Positions 54,890-64,000 of a DNA stretch of 64,000 nt are shown here, piece after piece. The notes under the pieces were generated by a model that had not been told where the DNA came from, ran no database searches, and was given only the letters and a program-made list of their open reading frames with translations. The position numbers and the translations under genes were made by a program. Source of the DNA: Trypanosoma brucei (taxonomy: Eukaryota); NCBI GenBank assembly GCA_000002445.1, contig CP000071.1, positions 1,568,001-1,632,000 of the forward strand. The letters are read 5' to 3'. Each line of letters begins with the position of its first letter. The first letter of the stretch is position 1.

Positions 54890-55933
54890 TTGGTTCCCAC
54901 ATTTGATATGCGCAACGGTGTGTCGCCTGGTTTTGGTGATCGGCCCTGTTGTGGTCGTGTTTCCACGGCACCGACCTTATCTTGCACCCTGATGATTAAG
55001 GGGTTGTCGCGCTGCTCCTCGCTGGACGCCCCATCCTTGGCCCCAGCAACTGAGATGAAGGCAGTAGATAATGTGAGCGCACCGTTGCTCTCTTTCGGTC
55101 GATTAGCCCATAGGCATTCTCTTGGAGAGGCGCGGTCATTGCGTGTTCCACGTGCGACAAGGGTCCTTCAAGGAAGCGGAAAAATACAGGAGAGAGGAGG
55201 GGTGATCAAGAGTGCGGAAAAAAACGACGTCGCTGTAAGCACGCTGGGGTTTCCCCATTCGCCTTCCCAGCAGAAACGGGAGCAACGATCGACGTCACGT
55301 CTCTCTAGCTGCGGCGTCCGTTGGCGCGAGCACAATCATGACGGGCCCAAATCGAACGAGCAACCGGAACGCCGGTGCCGACGCCCTGGGTACAGGAAGG
55401 GATTGGTTTCGACTGCATCACAGTCGTTGTTTACTGCACAGCAGCAACTCTGCACAGCCCAGGAGGAGGCGGCAAGGAGCGCCATTACGGCGGAGATGGT
55501 GGAGGAGTTGGTGTCCATCGTGTTGCTCGAAAAAAAAAATAACGACAGGGTGTTCAAGAAGTTTGACGCGTGGAGGAGCAAGTTTGGAGACATCAACGTT
55601 ATAACGGGTGCGTCTTCGATGCAACATGACACCCTTGTACAGCCCACCATTATACAAGCCCGTGACAGTGACCTCCTTCGCGCACTGATGCAGGCAGAGA
55701 CACGGATTGCACATCTACAGGGCCACCAAAGGGGCGTACAGTTCGGAAGTAGCAACTGCGCACCACCGAATCTCCCTGCGGTGGAACTCGGTAGCGGGAG
55801 CGGTGCGCACGACATCCGAGGGGATCTTTCTCAACCAAGAGACAGCACCACCACGTCCGCTGCACGAGATGGGTTAGGCACCACCGAAACATCCACCTAC
55901 AAACCACTTGGGCCTCATGTACATGTTTTGTAA
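54890..55933 (+). CDS. hypothetical protein (up to 347 aa; start uncertain)
   Basis: Long ORF on the cluster strand with no recognised domain. The N-terminal portion is low-complexity, so the start may be an internal Met. Confidence 0.4.
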   Translation: MVPTFDMRNGVSPGFGDRPCCGRVSTAPTLSCTLMIKGLSRCSSLDAPSLAPATEMKAVDNVSAPLLSFGRLAHRHSLGEARSLRVPRATRVLQGSGKIQERGGVIKSAEKNDVAVSTLGFPHSPSQQKREQRSTSRLSSCGVRWREHNHDGPKSNEQPERRCRRPGYRKGLVSTASQSLFTAQQQLCTAQEEAARSAITAEMVEELVSIVLLEKKNNDRVFKKFDAWRSKFGDINVITGASSMQHDTLVQPTIIQARDSDLLRALMQAETRIAHLQGHQRGVQFGSSNCAPPNLPAVELGSGSGAHDIRGDLSQPRDSTTTSAARDGLGTTETSTYKPLGPHVHVL

Positions 55934-56944
55934 GAAGGTGGAGATGATATATGGGTAATGTATATTGTGCGTGCGGAGAGTGTGGTTCTAAAACCGGCGC
56001 GCTAGTCGCGTCGCTACGCGAAGGTGTGGTAAACTCGGGACACCTTCTTGTGTGGTCTTCTTTCTTTAAAATCGTTGCACTGTATGATGATATCTGAATA
56101 TATGCACAAAGATGTGGCGAAAGTGGGGAGCGTGTCGGCGTCTTACGGGGAAGTGATTGTGAGTTCATAGCACGTACACGCGGTTTGGGCTCACTGAGTT
56201 GCTTACTTCACGTATACTAATTGGTCTAGCGTGAAGTTTACCGGCATACGACCACGTAACACCGTTATGGTTCGCATCTTGTTACGTGCTCTCCTTTTTG
56301 TTCAGATTATTTCTTCCCTTTTGTTCCTTCATGCGTTAGTGAGACTTTCCTCCCCTTGCTTCGGTATATTCAAAACTCACAATTTTCTTACTTCTGTATT
56401 TGGGAGTGTGCCGCCAACATTTTATCCGCGTATTTATTCGCCTTCCATACTCACCGCCTTCGCTCTTTTGCGTGCAATTTCCCTAGTTCTTATAGGGGTG
56501 GTTCGGTGATTGACTCATGTGCGTTGTTTTCTTTATGCACTACTCGCCTGTTCTCACCGCCTGCGCCTTTTTAATGGTGTTTTATCGGTGATTTCCCCCA
56601 CCCTTCGATCGCCTTTCTTTACCTTTCCATGTTTTGTAATCTTTCTACCACATGGGCACGATTTTGGAACGGTGTTGACGTGGCGTGCCCACCCGCACAT
56701 ACCGAATGTTAAAATGCTCATGCATTTGAAGTAGCAGTAAATGTTTTCTTTCTCTTACCGTTCGCTGTTTTTTTTTTTGAATAATTAGTGTTAAGTTCCC
56801 GACCCGAGACGGTGAGTTAAGCGGTGAGAAGGGGGTGCCACCACCATCGCCGACTGTGCGGACGCTCTTAAGGATAGTGAAGAAACACGAGGCAAGGAAG
56901 CGTTGACGCGGACGCGAGTGTAAGCGGGGGCTCACCTTTTTCGG

Positions 56945-58816
56945 ATGAAAATCAAAAAGAAGGACTTGCGCAAGGGTGAAGCCCAGCTTCCCATCAACTA
57001 CCCGGACCCCATAGTTGAGCAGCCACAGGAGACGTTCGATGAGCGTGAGGCTCAGGTGGAACAGCTCTGCAAGCGTCTCGCGCACAATGAGGTGGTGGTA
57101 CGTGATGAGGCACTGGCGCAAGTTCCACCATACGTGCAGCGTGCTACAGCGCATCTTTTAACTGTAGAGGCAAATGTGGACAAAGGCGCTCTGTGCTGCT
57201 TTTTCGATATGCAGAGGAAGCGCAGAGGGGACCACCGGCATAAAAGTAAGGAGTTATCAATTAATGTACTTCGGGAACTCGACGCATTTCGAAGCTGTGA
57301 GGAAAACGCGCGCCGTGAGCAACGGCGTAACGAGGCCATTCAGCGCTTGCAGCGGCAACAGCGCGAAGAAGAGAACGATGCCGGCGCAAACGGAGCCAAT
57401 GACGATTCCTCACAAACGCGTTCCCAAACGAAGAACAGTGAGATAGGGAAAAGAAGTGACGACCACAAAAGCGTGCGGCAGATCTACCGAGAATGGATAT
57501 CGCAATGGGCTGAGGTAGAGATTCTGTTACTAAAGCTGTCACGCGGATTGTTCTTTTGCTTGTGGCATTCTGACAAGCCGCTTGTGCAGCTCGAGTGTGC
57601 CCAGAACATAGCACGCGTTATCCACTCCCCGCATACAAACAGTGGCAAACTATTGTGGTTTAGTTGCATGATGCGCGTGCTAGCAAAAGAGTGGCGCACA
57701 ATGGATCGCTACCGGTCGGACAAGTACCTTGCCTTCGTGAGGAAGTTGATGTTCGAACTCTTTACGCTGATGAAGAAGTGGGAAAACGAGAGCCAACTCG
57801 AACAGCGAAGGGTCAAACCCAGCGAGGGTGGAGAGAAATCTCAGCTGAATACGCAGGAGCGGCCCGGTACCAATGATGGTTATAGTGACCGCGGTAGCGA
57901 ACGCGGGAGCAGCGACCGAATGGATAATATCACTTCGTGTCAACCCCTCTGCCGTGCCCTGGAGGAAGCGTGTTATATTTTCCAGCAACAGGTCGTGCCG
58001 GAGCCCTCCGCTGTCGGTCTCACTATGCATATTTGCGACATATTCTTCGATGAGTTGTGCCGTTCCGAAGTCTCGTCCACACTTTTTATTGCGCTTGGCG
58101 ATCGCATTGCACTGCACGCAATGAGCAAGGGGGACTTTGTGGAGAAACGTGCGCTAGACTATTTTATTGCCCCCATTGCTGGTGGTGTGCTGGAGACTCG
58201 TTTGCGTGAGCAACACGGACGACGGCAGCAACAATGGAGTGGCGGTAAAGATACCACTAAGAGTAGTGGGTCACAAATGGTGACACGACCAACCTCTCGG
58301 AAGAGGGCGCGTGATGACGACAGCACCAACCCTGGGAATGGAAAAGCTCAACTGGCGCCGGATGTGGCAGCTGCAAGGGAGGCACATCTTATAATCACTG
58401 CGCTTGCTGACTGCTGCCGGCGCTACTCGGTGTCACGGGGAACGTTCTACTCCGTACGACCAATGTTCGCAGAAAGCGAGATGGCGCTCCGGCAAGCCGC
58501 CGACGCATCCAATTTCGTGGAGTTGACCGGAAAGGAATTGCGATGTCGCCTGGAGAGGGAGGTGGAGGAAGTGGACACCACACGAGCAGCATTTGCGGGA
58601 CAGCGAAAAAAAGCACGTCTACTGAAACAACGGGAGGGGCGCAAGCCTCCAACCTCAAAAAGGAAGGTTCACATGATAGATGGTGGTAGCAAAAAGGTGT
58701 CAAAAAGGGATCGCGGGCACGAGGTGTTGAAAAGACAGAAGAAGGAGGTGCCACGCAACACAAAAAGAAAGAAGAATTATCAACTGACGGTGGAGGATTT
58801 ATACGGTGATGAATAG
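56945..58816 (+). CDS. nucleolar protein Nop52 / RRP1-like (ribosomal RNA processing protein 1 homologue)
   Basis: KRLAHNEVVVRDEAL, LLLKLSRGLFFCLWHSDKPLVQLECAQNIARVIHS and WFSCMMRVLAKEWRTMDRYRSDKYLAFVRKLM match the conserved Nop52 blocks (LA.NE...RD.[55 protein letters not shown]). The C-terminal basic K/R-rich tail is also typical. Confidence 0.78.
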   Translation: MKIKKKDLRKGEAQLPINYPDPIVEQPQETFDEREAQVEQLCKRLAHNEVVVRDEALAQVPPYVQRATAHLLTVEANVDKGALCCFFDMQRKRRGDHRHKSKELSINVLRELDAFRSCEENARREQRRNEAIQRLQRQQREEENDAGANGANDDSSQTRSQTKNSEIGKRSDDHKSVRQIYREWISQWAEVEILLLKLSRGLFFCLWHSDKPLVQLECAQNIARVIHSPHTNSGKLLWFSCMMRVLAKEWRTMDRYRSDKYLAFVRKLMFELFTLMKKWENESQLEQRRVKPSEGGEKSQLNTQERPGTNDGYSDRGSERGSSDRMDNITSCQPLCRALEEACYIFQQQVVPEPSAVGLTMHICDIFFDELCRSEVSSTLFIALGDRIALHAMSKGDFVEKRALDYFIAPIAGGVLETRLREQHGRRQQQWSGGKDTTKSSGSQMVTRPTSRKRARDDDSTNPGNGKAQLAPDVAAAREAHLIITALADCCRRYSVSRGTFYSVRPMFAESEMALRQAADASNFVELTGKELRCRLEREVEEVDTTRAAFAGQRKKARLLKQREGRKPPTSKRKVHMIDGGSKKVSKRDRGHEVLKRQKKEVPRNTKRKKNYQLTVEDLYGDE

Positions 58817-59648
58817 CCAATAACTTGCCCGAGGGGGAGGGACACATTTTCCCGAGGTGGCAGGCTCAGTTCACTGACCTCCACCAAGTCGGCTATTGTT
58901 CGCACTGCTGTCTGTGTGTGAGGGTGTTATTTATGCTGTGATCGCGACTCGTTTAACGCCACCGGCGCTTTGCACTATCGTTTTAAACGATGAGGTGCAA
59001 TGTTTAGCTTAGTGAAAGAATAATGATAACGTCAAATCTGCTCTAAAAAAAGTACTAGGCTATAAAAAAGAAAGGGATTATAAGTAATGGTATCCCCTAA
59101 GGCTAAACCATTGTCTGCTCTTTTGCCTTTGCTCTCCTTACCGCATGTGGGCGTAGTAAGGGGATTCTCTTTACATACATGCATGTGCTTCCTTCTGCAA
59201 CTATCCTCTTTGTTTTATCACTCTTATTGTCTGTATTACTGTTACTACTCCGTAGCGACGGGCGGTAGCGTGTGCTCCGTTCGCCGTTATATTAGCCGTA
59301 TTTCCAGCGGCTGCTGGGCACTCCAAGAGGGGAGAAGGGGGGGGGTAGGTGGATCGACGTAGCACAGGGTACAAAAGTGGCGAAAAAGCGTGCGCCTTCG
59401 CTCTAGGAGCCACAGGTGATAAAGCTGGTTTGCGCCCCCACTTTGTGGTTTGGATCGGCTGCAAATCCCCGGGCTTCTGTAGTGGACAATATTGTGACGC
59501 ATAATAGGTGATCCTGATTGAAACGAGCAGGCCAACTCTGTTACCTGCCCTTCTGGCAGTGCAAGCAGCTGCGGGACGACACACCTACGTTCTGAATACT
59601 TCTTTATTTAGTTTTCGACTATTTTTGGTTGGTTGAGGGAAGCAGATC

Positions 59649-61388
59649 ATGGCTCATGGAGCTTCTCCGACGCTGTCCGTGTGCAGCACGGCGGCGGTTC
59701 CTCGGAAATATGGTGCAAAGGATTTTGTCTCGAAGCTCTACGCGATGATGAAGCAGTTTTACACTGATGGTGCGGCGGTGTCGACGAAACTGAGTGGGGA
59801 TACAGTTCGAAGTAGAAATGACCACTGTAATGCCGGAGAAACCCACACCAGGGAAGGCGATGTGGAGACCCGACGCGTACACAATGCTGGGAAGGTTGGT
59901 ATGACCAGCAGCTGTTCGGCAAAGTGCATAGGCCTCCCCCTTCCTGCTGCGGAGCCGCCGAACGCTTCAACTGGCCGTCGGCTTGTGCATTTTGAGGAGA
60001 AAGAGCACCCAGTTTCCGTCAAGGCGGAGAAGCGGTCCCGATACCTCTGTGTTGTGCTGTGGCCGTCGAATCTCAACAAGGGCGAGGTGCCCTATCAGCC
60101 ACGAGACGTTGCGGAGTGCAGCGAATGGGGCGTGTATGGAACGGTGCTTGGGTATACTGATGACGACACGGGACTTATCTGGCACAAGCGCGGTGATTTA
60201 TTTGCGAGCTGCCTTCCCCTTTCCGCTATTTCTGTGGCTATGTGCGTACCTGCTGTGCGTTGTAGGCACTGCGCGCACGTCGTGCCTCGCACAGAGGTTA
60301 TTCCGCATGTTGGTATTCATCAGTTGGGGCTTGGAAAAGAAACGGGAGCGTTTGTTGACGATGAGACCTGGGGTACAGCGTGTGGTGACACTCACCTACT
60401 TCAGCATTTGCAACGAATGGGTGTAGTGGGCAGTGGGGGACAGGGGGATGTGGTCCTTTGTAGAGTGCGCGATTCCAAGGAGGAGGCACGTTATGTTGTA
60501 AAGGTTATGCAATTTAGCTCAATGGAGGCTGCAACAAGTGTGTACCATCGTGCTGTGCGTTACATGCTGCTCCAACACGAGCGGCTGGACACTCACCTTG
60601 TCGAATACTTGGCTGTGCGACTTTTGCCTGGTGGCACAACAGCAGAAATTGTCATGCCGTACTATGCAGGAGGGGATCTGGCAACAGCCATCCGTGAGTT
60701 GAATGTGGACCGCTTTGAAGAGCTCTACATTTGCTCTCTTATTTTGCAGATATTGAAAGCCCTTGTCTTTTTACACGAGCACCAACCTCCTGTTGTTCAT
60801 GGTGATCTGAAAGCGGAGAACATCCTGCTATCCGACGAAGGAAGAGAAGCTGTGTTAACCGACTTCGACAGCTACAGGGAACTTAATGCGTACGAGAAGT
60901 CTATCCGTGCAGGAATGGGGACCATCGCGTGGATGGCCCCAGAGGTTCGACACAAGCGGCAGTTGATGTCCGCCTCGGACCTCTGGGGTGTGGGGCTTCT
61001 CATGTACGTTCTTGCCGTACTACCGGACTATCCAATGATTACCGATCCCAATACGGGCGTCAGTGAGTTGATGAATGCTACGGTGTGGAGGGCTTATGAT
61101 GTTGGGAGTGATTCGCATGAAGCAAGTACAACTGATGGTCATGCTACAGCAGAAATTTTCGATATTTTGGACAATTCTACGATACACGAGAGTCGTATAA
61201 ACCAAAAAGTGACCACTGGATATGTGACGCTAACGGAATGCGTTCGGAAGAATGTTCGAAGGCGGGGCTACTCTGATGCGTTTGTCGATCTTACGACTCG
61301 TCTGCTTTCGTATCACCCAGGAAAGCGGCCTCGAGCACGGGGGGCGGTGGAAGAACTGGCTAAAGTCATCCAGAATCATCATACATAG
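59649..61388 (+). CDS. protein kinase with a C-terminal non-RD catalytic domain and an N-terminal Cys/His-containing region of about 260 aa
   Basis: GSGGQGDVVLCRV (Gly loop), YVVKVM (beta-3 Lys), VHGDLKAENILL (catalytic loop with Gly replacing the HRD Arg), LTDFDSYRE (DFD instead of DFG), WMAPEV (APE), and DLWGVGLLMYVL (subdomain IX). Confidence 0.75.
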   Translation: MAHGASPTLSVCSTAAVPRKYGAKDFVSKLYAMMKQFYTDGAAVSTKLSGDTVRSRNDHCNAGETHTREGDVETRRVHNAGKVGMTSSCSAKCIGLPLPAAEPPNASTGRRLVHFEEKEHPVSVKAEKRSRYLCVVLWPSNLNKGEVPYQPRDVAECSEWGVYGTVLGYTDDDTGLIWHKRGDLFASCLPLSAISVAMCVPAVRCRHCAHVVPRTEVIPHVGIHQLGLGKETGAFVDDETWGTACGDTHLLQHLQRMGVVGSGGQGDVVLCRVRDSKEEARYVVKVMQFSSMEAATSVYHRAVRYMLLQHERLDTHLVEYLAVRLLPGGTTAEIVMPYYAGGDLATAIRELNVDRFEELYICSLILQILKALVFLHEHQPPVVHGDLKAENILLSDEGREAVLTDFDSYRELNAYEKSIRAGMGTIAWMAPEVRHKRQLMSASDLWGVGLLMYVLAVLPDYPMITDPNTGVSELMNATVWRAYDVGSDSHEASTTDGHATAEIFDILDNSTIHESRINQKVTTGYVTLTECVRKNVRRRGYSDAFVDLTTRLLSYHPGKRPRARGAVEELAKVIQNHHT

Positions 61389-61406
61389 GTGCACCGTATG
61401 TCCGTT

Positions 61407-61445
61407 AAAAACGAAAAAAACGAAAAAAACGAAAAAAACGAAAAA
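61407..61445 (+). repeat. (CGAAAAAAA)4 microsatellite in the kinase 3-prime flank
   Basis: AAAACGAAAAAAACGAAAAAAACGAAAAAAACGAAAAAG read directly. Confidence 0.9.
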
Positions 61446-62578
61446 GAGCGGCATGAGGGATTGAAGGGGGTGATTGCTAATTATAGTTGCTGGAGCCGCA
61501 AACGATGTTTGGGGCGACATGCGCGTCTGTGTGGAGAGAGGTTTTGATTTTTATTTTAGGAAAGTGAGGACAATACGTATGTCTTTTCTCTACATCCCCA
61601 TAGAGATCAGTTTCTCGAGGTGGTGGATGCGTAGCGGTTCCAGTGAAAGGTGCTGCAACTGTTTCTCACTGCCATGTATGTAAAGTACTCTAGCGTAACG
61701 GAGCGCTCGCCGTTGTCTTGTTGTCACTCAGTGTGCTTTATTTTTGCATATAGTTTTGTTGTCTTGCGATTAAATGTTGTTGATCCCGTGTGTCCCCTCC
61801 TCTCCTTCTGCACTTATACATATATATAATTACGCGGACTCCCTTGTGTGTGATTTCGTCGCGAGCGAGCAGGTGTGACGTGATCGAATGTTGGTTCCAC
61901 TCGTACCAGCTGTTTTCCTCCTTTCTCTTTCTCTTCCTCGTGTCCTTTTTAGCGTTAACAAGGTTTGCATTATGAGGCAAAAAAAAAATTATTTGTTCCA
62001 TTCTTTGCGTAGATGTACCACCATTGTTGTTTCACATAATTTACAGTTACACGTTCCTGAGTAAGTGATGAAAATCATGATCTCTTTGCTTTGCCGCAAG
62101 AACCACACCTGCTGCTCAGATGATGGGACAGGGAGTGAACAGTCGGTTCTAAAAAAAAAAATGTTTTATTCTCCCATTGCAGAGGGATAGAGTGTGGAAG
62201 AACGTTGTTGAATAGGGCGTTTGAAGATATATATCCCGCTCTTTTGTTTTAGTGTTTCTCTTTGAGTTTATCGTACCGCGTTACAAAGTAGGTATGATAT
62301 CCCAGCGTTGTTTCATCCGGTGGCGAGGTCTAACCATTTCCATGCAGGTTAACGGGGAACGGCGGTACCTTTTGATGCTTGGCGGCCACTGTGCTTGCAC
62401 CAGGAGGAGAGGGGAGTTATTTGTGCGTTTTCCCCAGGAACTTTTAAAAATCTTCCTTAAAGACGGTGTTTTTGTTAGGCTTCCATATTTTTTTTTTTTT
62501 ACTCGCCTCTGTTTGTCTATATCGCTTTCATTCCGATGTTCCTTGCCTCTGTAGAATCCAAAGCAGTGCAAACATAGA

Positions 62579-63772
62579 GTGATGCCACCGAAAAAACTAT
62601 CCAAGCTACCACTCAATACGAGGATGAAGCGGTCCCGCAGTCGTTCACCATCTGCTACACTTCCTTCAAAGGAAACGAAGGAGACGGACCGAAGCAAAGC
62701 CCAGTCACCTGTCCGCTCCGTGTCACTTCCAGTTGGATCGGGTTCGGCTTCGCCAGTGCGGGGGGACGATCTGAAAAAGACAGAGAAGAGCATTTGGAGT
62801 CAAGTGGAACCTTTTAAGCGTAAGACAGAGGCGAAGGACTTTAAGCCTCGGGAGATGCTGAAGTTTATCACCTGGAATGTTGCCGGATTGCGTGGACTCT
62901 TGAAGAAAGATAGTGAGGCGATTAAGAAGTTGTTGGAGGAGGAACACCCAGATGCACTCTGCTTGCAAGAAACGAAACTGAATGTGGGGGACAAGGGTAA
63001 TGAAGCTCTTGGCGTGGTGCAGGGGTATGACTTTGTGGACCACCCTTGTCATGCAAAGAAAGGATACTCTGGTACACGTACTTACATTAAGAAGGAAGTG
63101 GCGGAAAAGTGGAACGCGGTATTTGTTAAGGGGTTTGGTGGCCCCAATGGGGTTGACGATGACAAACAAGAGAATGGGGATGATGAGGGCCGTGTCCTCA
63201 CAACATATTTTGGCGGCGATCAGGGGTGCGAAAACACCTTTAGGTTGGCCCTTGTCAACACATACGTACCCAATAGTGGTATGGACCTCGCTCGCCTTCC
63301 GTACCGTCACAAGACGTTTGATGTTAAGATGCGGAACTATTTGTGCAAACTGGACGCAGCCGCTATGAAAGTTAACGGCACCTGCAACAATGTCAAGGAT
63401 GCTCAGCCACCTACGGGTGTCATATGGGCTGGAGACCTTAATGTAGCGGAGCGCGATTATGACCGATATTTCGCAGGAACTTTCGCCGCCATGCAGAAGT
63501 GCAGTGGTTTTACTCCAGAAGAGCGCACTTCGTTCCGTGAAACGTTAAGAGCCGTCAACGCGGTGGACACATTCCGGGAGTTGTATCCGCGTGCGGCACC
63601 CGTTTACACCTTCTGGTCTGCGCGAATCAACGGCCGGGCCCGTGGTCTGGGCTGGCGATTGGACTATTTTGTTGTATCTGCTGCACTTGCGGGCCGTGTT
63701 GTGGATTGTTTCACTATGCCCATGATAATGGGCAGTGATCACTGCCCTGTGCAGATGTGGCTCCGTAAGTAA
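62579..63772 (+). CDS. APE1: apurinic/apyrimidinic endonuclease, exonuclease III (Xth)/APE1 family
   Basis: ITWNVAGLRGLLKK, PDALCLQETKL, GYSGTRTYIK, LVNTYVPNSG, GDLNVAERDYD, GFTPEERTSFRETL, YTFWSARINGRARGLGWRLDYFVVS and MGSDHCPVQMWL match the human APE1 catalytic blocks one for one. There is an N-terminal Ser/Lys-rich extension. Confidence 0.93.
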   Translation: MMPPKKLSKLPLNTRMKRSRSRSPSATLPSKETKETDRSKAQSPVRSVSLPVGSGSASPVRGDDLKKTEKSIWSQVEPFKRKTEAKDFKPREMLKFITWNVAGLRGLLKKDSEAIKKLLEEEHPDALCLQETKLNVGDKGNEALGVVQGYDFVDHPCHAKKGYSGTRTYIKKEVAEKWNAVFVKGFGGPNGVDDDKQENGDDEGRVLTTYFGGDQGCENTFRLALVNTYVPNSGMDLARLPYRHKTFDVKMRNYLCKLDAAAMKVNGTCNNVKDAQPPTGVIWAGDLNVAERDYDRYFAGTFAAMQKCSGFTPEERTSFRETLRAVNAVDTFRELYPRAAPVYTFWSARINGRARGLGWRLDYFVVSAALAGRVVDCFTMPMIMGSDHCPVQMWLRK

Positions 63773-64000
63773 TTGCAGTGCCGATGGGCGCAGCTGCGGG
63801 TTAAGCAAGGTGAAAATTTTGAGGAAAGGTGTGCACACCCGGCTGTGGTGTGGCACAACGTGAAAGTGAGAGGAGTTATAAATTTATTGATACTTTCCTT
63901 ACGCATGCGTGAGGTGATGGGGTGACAATGATCTTACGTGAGGAAGATGCCGAGGGGAAAGGTGCTATAGCGGCTGTGGCAAAATTCTTTGTGGAGCATC

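Overview
The window reads as a chromosome-internal region of a kinetoplastid nuclear genome, most like Trypanosoma brucei. The evidence is three long same-strand gene clusters with no introns, pyrimidine-rich intergenic spacers, a tRNA gene with no encoded CCA, and a tandem array of flagellar calcium-binding protein (calflagin) genes.

Layout:
- 1.2-17.1 kb, + strand cluster: delta-COP, RPL39, a WW-domain protein, a COQ10-like START protein, an EMAP-II-like tRNA-binding protein, and hypothetical proteins.
- 17.1-25.5 kb, convergent strand-switch region: one tRNA-Arg(ACG) and otherwise unexplained structured sequence.
- 25.5-40.3 kb, - strand cluster: UFM1, a CDK-like kinase with large inserts, a 966-aa coiled-coil protein, a class I methyltransferase, an ESCRT-III Vps20/CHMP6-like protein, and hypothetical proteins.
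- 40.3-45.1 kb, divergent strand-switch region with G13 and T14 homopolymers.
- 45.1-64 kb, + strand cluster: four calflagin genes (one a fused double-module copy) with an amino-acid transporter gene embedded in the array, then a Nop52/RRP1-like protein, a non-RD protein kinase, and an APE1-type AP endonuclease.

I see no prokaryotic-style operon, CRISPR array or defence system here, and bacterial checklists (RBS, operons) do not apply. The features most worth a second look are:
- a perfectly duplicated 320-bp intergenic element with internal hairpins;
- the tRNA-containing strand-switch region, which may hold a Pol III companion ncRNA;
- the calflagin array architecture;
- a possible PIN-like nuclease domain fused to four WW domains.
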